Below, piece after piece: positions 23,396 to 34,981 of a stretch of DNA of 64,000 bases. The notes beneath the pieces are model-generated. The model saw nothing but the letters and a program-made list of their open reading frames with translations, had not been told where the DNA came from and did no database searches. The DNA lies in the NCBI GenBank assembly GCA_032718475.1, contig JAUCBJ010009149.1, positions 62,001-126,000 of the forward strand, in the 5' to 3' direction. The first letter of the stretch is position 1, and the number at the start of each line of letters is the position of its first letter. This DNA comes from Nemertoderma westbladi (taxonomy: Eukaryota; Animalia; Xenacoelomorpha). The translations under genes and the position numbers were made by a program.

Positions 23396-23814
23396 GGTAG
23401 TGTAACACTGCGGAGTAATTCGGAAGTGTAACACTGCGGAGTAATTCGGGTAGTGTAACACTGCGGACTGCGGAGTAATTCGGGTAGTGTAACACTGCAG
23501 AGTAATTTGGGTAGTGTAACACTGCGGAGTAATTCGGGTAGTGTAACACTGCGGAGTAATTCGGGTAGTGTAACACTGCGGAGTAATTCGGGTAGTGTAA
23601 CACTGCGGAGTAATTCGGGTAGTGTAACACTGCGGAGTAATTCGGGTAGTGTAACACTGCGGAGTAATTCGGGTAGTGTAACACTGCGGAGTAATTCGGG
23701 TAGTGTAACACTGCGCGCTGCGGAGTAATTCGGAAGTGTAACACTGCGGAGTAATTCGGGTAGTGTAACACTACGGACTGCGGAGTAACTCGGGTAGTGT
23801 AACACTGCGGAGTA
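23396..23814. repeat. 27-bp minisatellite (GTAACACTGCGGAGTAATTCGGGTAGT), left segment, about 15 units
   Basis: Direct tandem repeats with occasional +7 (ctgcgga duplication) and shortened (cggaagtg) variants. Confidence 0.97.
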
Positions 23815-24998
23815 TGTAAAAGCTTTTGTGGGATAACTGATTCGTTTGCCTTGCTAACCAGTTCCCCCCCCGTCGCTAGAATACTCTAAAAAGGGATCTA
23901 TAACTCGAATAGCACAAGCTACCGGCTGATTGGCTGATTCGCTGTGCGAAGGGATCTGGGCTACGTTTGATTGTCCAGCTAGCTTGGGAAAGTATCTCCC
24001 AATAGAATTTGAGTTGATTTTGATTTCGACCTATCACAGATCTACTGAACTGAATTTTCCTATCTTTATGCTCTTTCTCTGTGTTGGGTGGAAGCCTTTG
24101 TAAATAAGGTTATTCTTATCAGTTTTCAGTGTTGTTGGTCTTTCTTTCCTAAGCCAGGAGAGAACGGCTTGTAAATATTTTGTGCTTTTCTGTTTTTAGT
24201 CTAACACTAGTAGGCTTAATTATAAAGGGCATATATCCGTTATCACTGGGTAACTCAATGTTATCACAACACTTAATATCAAACTAATGAACTTAACGCA
24301 CACTGAATTACTGTGCATACTTTTATATTGTTATACTGCTATTTACTGTCAGTTCTTCATAATATGGTTGATGAATTATTATATTTGGAATAACGATAAA
24401 TAACCCCGAAACCCAATATTCTTGATATACCGAAGGTAAGAGAGAAAGGTTACATATAACGATTGTGACTTATGTTAAAGTGGTTTGAAGTGAATCTAAT
24501 GTTATTTGATAGACCCTACATGAGTCAGTCCGTGTTCCTTTTATATATAACTAAAATCAGTGAAGATCGGCAGATCAGTGTGCAGTATTGTGCAGCATTG
24601 TGTATGAGTGATACTGATAACGAAGCATTTCCTAAAGAATGCGCCATATATGTGAATTATAACTAAGCCATATTGTTGTGAGTAGTTTAAGTCATAACTC
24701 TGTTTGTATAAATAGAGCGCCACGTCCTAAAGGAACTGTTAATATTCCCCGAAGGTGAATAATATTGTCAGAGATTATATAATACTGTCAGTCGAATAAT
24801 ACATTAGGCTTACATAGCAATAAGATTAAGCCGTCGAACCCAATCTCCCGGGTATATCCAGCGGGTGAATGATCGCGCACAGATTGGTTTCGACTAGTGT
24901 AGTGAATAAAATACTTGTCATAGACTAAAAGTGATTTGTTATCTAGAAGACATCATAATTTGGCGGGTTAAACTGCCAAAGGTCTAAAAGCGCGAACA
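23815..24998 (+). repeat. 5' LTR of copy A (1184 bp)
   Basis: Differs from the 3' LTR by about 5 substitutions and 1 indel by eye; TATAAA at 24221, AATAAA at 24905. Confidence 0.97.
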
Positions 24999-25009
24999 AT
25001 AACGGATAT
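24999..25009 (+). promoter_or_regulatory. Non-tRNA primer-binding site of copy A (ATAACGGATAT)
   Basis: Directly follows the LTR end; exact reverse complement of 24233-24243; repeated at 25068-25079. Confidence 0.8.
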
Positions 25010-25429
25010 TTAGTCTGTATTGCAGTGTAGGCATTAAATACAGTTTAATATTGTTCTGGTAAGAACAATAACGGATATAGCTTTATTGCAGTAAGCAATA
25101 AAGTTGAAAGTACCGGTCAACCGGTAAACCTGAACGGTCAATCTGTAGGTCAGTAGGCCCAACTGCCAGAACCGGTACTGCCGTAGGTCCGTAGGTCCAA
25201 CTGCCAGAATCGGTACTTCAGTAGGTTGGTAGGCCTAACTGTCCTAACCGGTACATCCCGTATAAGTACATTAGTATTATTCGATTTGATTATATATGCC
25301 GGTAGGTCTTAATAATTAATCGGGGACGCCTGGTTTTTATTGGGATTTTACTTAGGCCTATTTCTGTCAGTTTTATTTATTTGTAGGCCAGTATTGAGCA
25401 GAAGGCGTGTAAGCCTGATCAGATTGAGC

Positions 25430-25975
25430 AGACAATTTGTAGGTTGAACTGTTGTCTGATTGCTGTTAGGTCTGAACGGATTACAGTGTGTGTAGAGCCT
25501 GTCCGATAAAGAACTGTTAGGAAGTAGGGGCAGCGAATGCTGTAAGGTAAACCCCCAACTAAAGAATAAGTCGTACTACTGGGTTAGAACGCATACTACC
25601 TAATTATTTCGGAGTCTGCATGTCCTGTAGTTTATTTAGGCTTGAGAGTAGTCTGCCATCGTTGAGTCTGTACTTTGTTTGTGTAAGTCTGTACGGGTAG
25701 CGTATAATATTTATTTAGATAATTTGTAGGCTGGATAGTTGTCTGGCTGTTATTAGGTCTGAACGGATTGCCGCGTGTGTAGATCACTTGTCCGATAAAG
25801 AACGGTTAGGAAGTAGGGGCAGCGAATGCTGTAAGGTAAACCCCCGACTAAAGAATAAGTCGTACTACTGGGTTAGAACGCATACTACCTAATTATTTCG
25901 GAGTCTGCATATACCGTAGTTTGTTTAGGCTTGATAGTAGTCTGTCAGTGTTCGGTCTGCATTTTGTTTGAGTAG
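25430..25975 (+). repeat. Tandem duplication (about 290 bp x2) in the retrotransposon leader
   Basis: aatttgtagg...gcagcgaatgctgtaaggtaaacccc...ggagtctgca occurs twice; also twice in copy E (about 15305-15845). Confidence 0.9.
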
Positions 25976-27321
25976 TTTGTACGCGTAGCGTAATATTTAT
26001 TATTCAGAGTTTATGCGATTATTCGCAACATTCATTCCCCAAGTTTGTTCCTACAGTAATTGTGTTTGTTATACATACCGCTATAGTTAAATTAACCCCG
26101 GTACTACACGGGCTGCTTGGCGTAGGTAAAGACTGGTGATTTTGTGCATCGGTCACTCCAGCAGATGCCGTGGTTCTTTTAGCTGTTCAAGTATATTTAA
26201 CTACAGATTATATGTTATACAAGTACTCGTACCTAATTTAGGGTTTAGTGTACAGTGCTTTCCGAAAGTAATTAGTGTAGGCATTATATTTGTGTTGTAA
26301 AGTGGTTGATAGGCACGTTCGATTAGCTCTATTAACTTCTAGGTAGGAACACTCCGTGATACATAACGTAGTACCTGTAGCGATACGGCTATAGGTCGTC
26401 AGGCGGTGGTATTTTCCTATCTGGACAACGCAGTGTATTTACTACTACTTATTATTTCAAATACCGTAGTACCCTGTCCGTTGTAATAACCAGATTTCTA
26501 ACCCTTTGTTAGGCTGGTTAGTAGACTTCTTGTAAAATTACCCTAAAAAATTAGTATTTTGTGTTTTTTGTAAATTTTTGTGTTTATTTAGAGATTGTAA
26601 TCTCACCCGAATTGTACGTAATTTGTAGTATTAAGTAACTTAGGTAAATTAGAATTATTTGTTTTAGTGTCCTATAAGTAACACTTCACTGAAAGCGCAC
26701 CGCTTTGTGTAGTGATTACTCCCCAGAAATAATAACATTTATTTCAAACATTGACAAAACCCATTAAAACGGGTATATATATATTATAAATCAAATCTAA
26801 CGATTTATAAATAGTAGGCCTACCATACAACCATTAGGTCTCAATATCAGTTGGATTACTGCTCAAATAACGGTAGTAAAGTAAGTAAAGTAACCAAGTA
26901 ACCCTAAAATACAGAAATTCAATTATTTAAAATAATTGATATACCGGTATTTACGATAGGCCTATTATCTTTATTTCTATAAATTTAGGCTGAAATTATA
27001 CCGGTACTTATAATTAATTCTAGTCCAGAATTATATATACTACAAACTGTAAGCTGTATACCGGTATTCCCGATAGGCCTATTATATATTTATATATATT
27101 TGTGCTAAAATTATACCGGTATTCTGTGATAAACCTAGTCTGTAATAATACTTATATAGTTATATATACTATAAGCATACCGGTATTCTAATATATTATA
27201 TATATCACGCTACACTGAGTGGCAGTACCGGTAATTAATTACTAGGCTAGCAGTTAATACTGAGTTACTAGACTTGCTCAGACTGTAATACAGCAGTAGA
27301 CATTCAACTGTATACATAAAC

Positions 27322-30300
27322 ATGTCTGATACTAAGCAGAACCTGTCAGACAGTTTATTAGATGTAACTATCTGCGACTCAGATAGAGGCGTAGAACCGT
27401 CTAGTCGTAAGTTCAGTTCACCTCCCACTGTGAGGAAAGTCATCCCTCCAGTAGTAATAAAAGAACCTAGGCTGGTCCAACATCGTAGGTCTATCATAGG
27501 CACTCGAGCTCAGGTCAAACGGGACCAAGAAGCAGCGGAACAGCAACAACCCGCGAGCCAAGAACTTATTTCTCAGCGGCCCGACAGCTCCAGTAGTGAA
27601 GATACGGTAGAACTGACACCCGAACACGGAGCAAGGATGACGGATGAGGCTTATTCAGATCCCCTTCTCATCCTTCCTGCAGCCGTACTCACTAGGTTAT
27701 TGATCGCTGTGGAAGAACACCAGATCGATTGGGCGAAAAGCCAGCGTTCAACTAGAGATAGTTATGCTGGATACACAAGGGAAGAACTGAAGTCCATGGT
27801 CGAGTCGCAATGGAACTTCCCCGGACCCGGACTCCCGTTTGATTTATCCGAAGCTGCCTGGGAAGACATAAACCGGATGGGAGTAGCCAAAGAAACCATC
27901 GATCCAGCTGTGTGGAAGAGGTCCGCAGCCGGATACGCACAGGGATTCTTCAGCTCTATGGAGCGAGTAGAAAAACAACTTTTACAACAACCTCAAGGAC
28001 CTCAAGAGCAGGGACAGCTGCTTTATCAAGTAAGAGAAAGAATTCTACGAATCAGGTTAATATTATCGGCCTTTGAGGAGGCTTCTAAACGAAGACAAGA
28101 CACGTCGTTGCAAGTCGCCGTAAAGACTTGGTTTCAAAGGGTGAATCTCCAGGTTCAAGGAACATCTCAGTGGAAAGCTCAGCTGGAGGAGCGATCGGCC
28201 CATGGGGAATCAACAGACGCTACTTTTTCCCAAGTGGAAAGTGAAGCGACGGCAGAGAAGCCGCATAAGAGGGATGCCATTGACATCTATCTGTCGGACT
28301 ATCAACGTTTTTTAGGTGATGACGAATTGAGGAGAAGGTTAGATGGACTTAGCCCTAATAGCGAAGGAACCAAGCTTGTGTTGGATGCCATCGATGTGGA
28401 AATGAGGGCTGCGAACCAGGCTAAATTCGATGAACAACTCCGCATCGTTAGAGAACAAGAAGAACAAGTAAGGAAAAAACGTATAGAAGACAGAAAGGCA
28501 GCAGCAAAAGCAGAGGCAGAAGCAAAAGCGGCAGCGGCAGAGGCAAAAGCGGCAGCGGTGGCGGAAGCAGAACGGAGAGCGGCTGAAGAGATCGCCCAAC
28601 TGGAGTTGGAAAATCTTCAAGAGAAGCAAGACGACTTCAGTAAACAGTTAACAGTTAGTAATATGCAGATGATGAATCGATCTACTCCCAAAAGACAGGG
28701 ATATACATCATCTGAAGAAGGCGATACCACCGATACTGAAGGCAAAGGAAATAGATCTCGTCTAAGCAGACGTAAAAGAACATTCCAAATTGCCTGATTT
28801 GCCTCCAGCTGTTAGAAGGCAACTAAATAACACCAACTTAGGTAGTACAGAGCCCACAGACCAAATAATTAAAATAGAAAGACTCCCTACTATAGTAGAT
28901 GAGCCTGAAATAATTAGGCCTGTTCTTGAAATCACCCCTTCGGTGATAGACACACCTGTGCTCCCTGAAGCCACCTCTAAATTCCCTCTACATAGCACTA
29001 AGCTACCTGTGCCCAGTAGAACTGCCCAGGAGACAGTTCAGGTCCTGGACCCCGAGCGAAATATTCATAATTTGTCGCCCGTTGTCCCTCGTCCGCCCGC
29101 TACAACGTTGGCGACTCCCGCTTCGGCGGTCGAATGGGTGGACGAGAGACGGCGGGGGATGGATATCCTGCTCGGGCAGATGCAGGAGACTGTCCAGCAA
29201 TTCAAGGGCACAGTAAGGGAAAGTAGGCTAGAGTTGCAAGAAGTGCAGCAAAGTATCGCGCTAGAACGAGATAAATTAGTAAATACGCAAAAGGGTATAC
29301 CACCACCCTCTGTAACAATGTGTCAACCTGTTAGGTCTGAAGTATCTCATGTGCAAGGTGTGGAGCCTACACGCATATATACTGCTAGCGAAGCAGAAAC
29401 TCCTATAGTAAACCCTATTAAGGGTAATTATAGACCTGTTGATAATGACATTCCATATAGAACTGATCATAATCCGAGAAATTTATATACCGATAACTCG
29501 ATATTAAATAACACGATGGCCCAAGAAAGTTTTACGCGTCAAATGGCTAGAACCGAAGCCCCCGGCAAGCGGTAAAGGTGGGAGAGATCGTCAAATTCAA
29601 TGGAGATGAGATGAAATGGTTACCTTTTAATGAATATTACAAAGATAACATACAGAATTCTGTACTATCTAATGGAGAAAAACTTAGATACCTCATCGAG
29701 TGCTTGGAAGGATCTCCCAAGTTAATGGCGTTAAAGTTTATTGGACATCCAGACGGATTAAGACAAGTTTGGGATACACTAAACATCAGGTATGGTAATA
29801 GGAATAATATCGCTGGGTACTTGTATGCAAAATTAGTAGCGCCCCGAAAGTTTATTAGTAGCGGGATTATCGAGTTTTCCGATGAGATCCAGGAGATCTG
29901 CAGATAATTAGATTGGCTAGGTAAGTCTCATGAGTATCAGAACACTATGGTTATTAGAGCAGGGGCTTCTACTTTACCGAAAGGTGGAGTAGGTACACGC
30001 TGGGATAAGAAAGTGTTATATATGATGGAACAACAACGACGAGACCCTACCATGGCTGATCTCATGTCATTCCTAGATGGAGAAGTGAAATTACAGCTCC
30101 TGAAACTGTCTAGGGAGAAGACACCGGAAAACAAGGTAAGTGAAAAACCCGTTTCTAGGAGAAAGGTAACACCACTGTGTTATACAGACGACGGCGAAAG
30201 CCAGACTTCTCAAGGAGAAGATAGCGGGAAAGACACTGATCGATCTTATTACGTAAATAAAATTCCTAAAGATCAGGTGAGTAAATTCAAGTCTCGATCA

Positions 30301-30684
30301 AATGACAGGAGAGAACAGGTAAGAAAAACTCCTCCTACGTCTCCCAAGAGAATTCCGGTGAGAAAGCCCGAAGAAAGGGCAAGCGTACACAATGTGACTC
30401 AAAATAAGGTAAGTAACATCAAACCGAAATGTGCGCTGTGTGACGGGACCCACCGTTTGAATATGTGTGATGAATTCCTGAAGAAGTCATTAACGGAGAG
30501 ACGCGAAGTCATGTGGGATAAGCGGTTATGTTATAATTGCCTCAGACAAGGACACCAACGGCGTACCTGTTTCTCTGACATAAGGTGTGCAAAGTGTGGT
30601 GCGAAACATCATATCTTGTTGCACGCTGAATTCGATCGAAATAGTCCGAATCAGGTAAGTGATTCCGAGCTACATGTCAACTAA
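27322..30684 (+). pseudogene. gag: BEL/Pao gag with long N-terminal extension; frameshifts near 28785 and 29560, stop at 29905
   Basis: Four ORF-track pieces are contiguous in sister copies (RTSHRQKWPDLPP; ARQAVKVGE; CRQLDW); DUF1759-like region and three CCHC knuckles. Confidence 0.9.
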
Positions 30685-33314
30685 AACAGCGAGATAATCC
30701 AGTTCGAACCAAACGGATTTGCTTAAGTATACTGAGCACTTATTTCGATCCATTGGGATTTATTAGCCCAGTTATATTGATTGCTCGTAGTTTGGTACAA
30801 CAAATGTGGCTTGAAAACCACTCATGGGACGATCCACTTAAGGGGGAATTATTGAAGCAGTGGATGAAATGGGAAGATTCTCTGCCAGCTATCGAGGATT
30901 TTATAATTTCCCGTTCATATTTTGGTCATGTTCTCCCTACGTATTCCTATCAACTCCATGTGTTTGGAGACGCCAGCGATATGGGAATAGGTATAGTAGC
31001 CTATCTAAGAGTGGAAACTCCGGATGGAATCAAAGTCGCCCTGGTTACTTCTAAGGCATTAATCAACAACAAGTTGAAAGTTCCTCGAGCGGAGTTAAAA
31101 GCGGCTCTATACGCTACAGCCATCGGCCGGAATGTAACCGAACAGATTGACTATCCATTAGAGAAAACTGTCTATTGGACCGACGCTTTACTCGTGTTAG
31201 AGTATATAACCAATGAAGTCTGTCAGTTCAGCGTCTTTGTTACCAACAGGGTAGCCATCATACTTAGTCGCACGACGATGGACCAATGGAGACATTGCCC
31301 CGGAACTATTAATCCAGCAGACATCGCGTCCCGAGGAGCGACTCCAAAGGAATTGGTAAATACTCCCGAATGGTTAGGAGGACCCGACTTTCTCTACAGG
31401 GAAGAAGAAGAATGGCCTCCTCATCTCACAACAGCAGAGATCAGACAGGCCAAGGGAGCGGAGAAAGTTAAACCCAAAACTCGAGCGAGTAAATCGAAGT
31501 TGTTTAAACCTGCGGTTGATCTATCTGTATTATTTACTTCCGGAGGGGATGCTTTGGATCAGAAACCCACCGCCACGACTAAAGAAGTCTTGGAAATCCG
31601 TGACAAGGATTGGAAATCTGGAATACCAGATATTTCGCAAGGACTCTCACCTCTCTTGCAGAGAGCGATACGTCACTACAGTTCCTGGAATCGGCTCTGT
31701 AAAGCTGTCACCTATCTGAAACGATGTTTTCATCATCGTTACTCCGGGACAAAGACCAATAGTGATGATGCTCCATCAACATCTGCACGAGTCCATGTTG
31801 TTAAAGACCTTCCCCAATACAAGATATCCGACAGGTTTCTAAAGGAGAAGATCAGTTACCAGGAGCATGATGAAACCAACAAACAGATGCTGAGACTTCT
31901 ACAATGTTATGAGGATTCCGATAAGTATTTCCTGTTGTTAAGAAATCCGCAGATGCGCTTAAGGGATCGCTTCTCTAGTACCATGATAGATGGGTTAATA
32001 CGTGTTGGAGGCAGGCTTACCAACGCCCCATTATCCTTTGACACTAAGTTCCCCATACTCATTAGAAATCTTGACATACAAATCAAGATAATTGTAGATG
32101 TTCATAGCAAACTGTACCATGCTGGTAGAGAACGAGTTCTGAGCGAAATTCGAACTCGCTACTATTTTTATAAACCCCGTAGGGCTCTGAACCAAGTTCT
32201 TAGGAACTGCATACCCTGTAGGAAAGCATTCAGTAGGCCTTTAACACAGCGAGAGGCAGAATTACCTAGGGAAAGAGTAAGCTTCTATGAACCACCCTTT
32301 ACTAATACCGGTGTGGATTTATTTGGCCCTATTGAAGTATATCGTGCCCGGACTATAGTCAAGAGATGGTGTGTCATCTTCGTTTGTATGACTTGTAGAG
32401 CTATCCATCTCGATATGGTAAACGATCTATCCACCAACAGCTTCGTGTTGAGTTTACGACGACAGATTGCTCGCTTCGGAACCAGTAACACGATGAGATC
32501 GGATAAGGGAACGAACTTCATTGGCGCCAACAACGAAATTCAAGCTTACGTAAAGGACTGGAACAAAAGACAGGTGGACGATCAGCTAAGGATAACAGCG
32601 TCTAGCTGGACCTTCAACGCCGCCGACGCCCCTTGGTGGGGAGGAAGTTGGGAGAGATTGATTAGGAGCGTGAAGACTGCATTCCACTTTATTGTGCCTT
32701 GTCGCGCTTATCTCACCGACGAACTATTGCGGACGTTAATGGAGGAAATCGCCGCCTATCTCAACGAAAGACCGCTTATGCCAGTCTCTTCAAATCCTGA
32801 TTCCCTGGAAGCGCTAACACCCGCGCACTTTCTACTGAAGAAACCCGTAGCCATGCTCCCACGATCGGAGATCACAGACGGAGACGAGTACTGCCGTCGA
32901 ACCTGGCAACTTATGCAGTTGCTATCCCGTCGTTTCGCTGACCATTTCGAGAAACATTACCTGCCCACTCTACAACTTCGAACTAAGTGGTTTGCGCAGC
33001 AAGAAAACGTCAGCGCTGGAGACATGGTGCTTATTGTGGACCCCGATCTCCCACGTAAGCGATGGCAAACAGGACGTATCATCGAGACGCATATCTCGAG
33101 CGATGGTTTGGTGCGATCAGTAGAGCTCGTCGTCATGCGGCGGAACTTTAAGAAACCAGGGATAGTCTTTGAGACTCAACAGCTCAATCGCCCAGTGGGA
33201 TGTTTATGTTTACTGGAAAGAGACAGAGAGCTCTCCGGAAACTATGGAAGGCAAGAAACTCTTCCCACGACCACTTCCCTAATCCAACCGACATCTAGGG
33301 ACTCCCCAACTTGA
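30680..33314 (+). CDS. pol: BEL/Pao pol remnant: RNase H (Pao A17 region) plus integrase
   Basis: TKR..LS..STYFDPLG, LHVFGDAS, PRAEL.A, WTDA, NPADIASRG, HHCC zinc finger, GVDLFGP, SDKGTNF, GGSWERLIRSVK, DGLVRSV. Confidence 0.93.
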
Positions 33315-34981
33315 TATCGTTCGGAGTGGGCGTGTGACTCTATTATTTTATATTATTTTATTATTTTTATATTTATGTATGTATTACTATGTAATTTTAT
33401 TATAATCGTTTTATTTAATTTAGTAGAATATTATTTAGCGATTATTTTGTAGAATAGTGCAATATATTCGTGTTTATTACGTACGTAATTACTTATATTA
33501 TATTTAGTGAGACGGCGAAGAAATAATTATTTTTTCTCTTTCCTTACTGTCCGTATTATATTATAAATACGTAACTACAGTAAGATGAAATGTCCGTACT
33601 TACTAAAGTACAATAAAGCCACTACTATATTTAAGTATTATTGGTAGGCAGAGTATTAGGAATGCAAAGTTCAGATCCTCGTGTCTCGGCTAAACCAAGC
33701 TCTGGGTAGACCTTGGAAACGACTTGCCTCTTCACACTGACATTGCTTCGTGCGATATTGCTCTCATACCGTATATTAAATAATACATATAGTAGCGTGA
33801 TGTCCCTTTAACAGTAGCGTATAATGCAAAATAAATCTGTTAAACCCTTTGACCATCTGTAATTCTAGTCGATTAAGATATCGCGGCACCCACCGATATA
33901 CTTGAAAGACAAATTCTAGAATCAGTGGTTAACGTCCCCAGACAAGTTCTGGAATAAATCGGTGCCCATCTCAAATATTAATTATTTAATATTTGCAAAT
34001 CTAATAAATCAAAATCTGTAAAATTCAGATCCTGGTTCCAGATTCAGATCCAGATTCTGGTCAATTAAGATATCGTAGCATTTACCGATATTCTTAAAAA
34101 AGACAATTGTCATAGAATTAAGGATCTTGTGTCCCTAGACATGTTCTAGAATCAAAATATGTCCATTTAATTATCAAATAATAAAATTTCAGGGAATAAA
34201 TTTAAATTCATGCCTTTTAATGAATTTAATAAATTGCCATTTTTACGCAATTTATAACATTCCCAAAATTCCATTAATTAATAGATCAAGGGAGCGGAGA
34301 TTTATCTTATTATGCATATGAGTGTGCGAAAGTCTCCCAAACATAGTCAATAGCCGATAAAATTCATAAAGTCATGTATAAAACAGGACATTGACTATTA
34401 AAGAATTACTATTAAATAACATCCCAGATCTGTATGCATTGGAATTACCCTAATTCTACCGCTAGCTTTGCATAATGTCACCATAGCAACAACCACGCTA
34501 GAATTAGAATTGAGTTAAAAGAACAATAGAAAGCTTGTCCCATTGAATAGCATAGGGAATAAATAGCGCACTACTAGTATCCAAGGATACATAATAATAC
34601 AGTGACATTCTGGAAGGCATTGACTAACGGACAAATGGCCCGAATGTGCGTAGTTGTGACCAGTTGTGTGGTATTTGTGAGTTTATAGGTGAATGTTACT
34701 GCTAAAGTGTGTTTACAGTAGCTAGTCGCAATCGTAAAAGTAACCTAACTCTCCAAGGAATACCTGAAGTACATCTAAGCCTTTGGGACGGACAGTTGAG
34801 TGACTTGTGCCGGTTATCGTTGTCGTTGTACGGCTACGTCGTTGGCGAAAGTATAGCGACAGCGGTACATCGGCGCTGAGAATCTCATACTGTCCGGGGG
34901 CAAGGGAGAAATAGGCAGCGACGCCCGCTCGCCTAACGATATATAAACTCATTATAATATTGGTGAACTCGTATAGCAGAT

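Noticed and set aside
24472-24666. 64-aa LTR ORF (also 14407, 39950; related 18309, 44031)
   Set aside because: Differences between LTR variants are mostly amino-acid changing with different starts and stops; conservation is better explained by RNA structure.
24999-25070. Canonical tRNA primer-binding site
   Set aside because: No TGG next to the LTR in any of three copies; the TGG at about 25057 is in a hairpin loop about 60 nt away.
28780-29580. Programmed frameshifts in gag
   Set aside because: Sister copies are in frame at both sites, so these are copy-specific indels.
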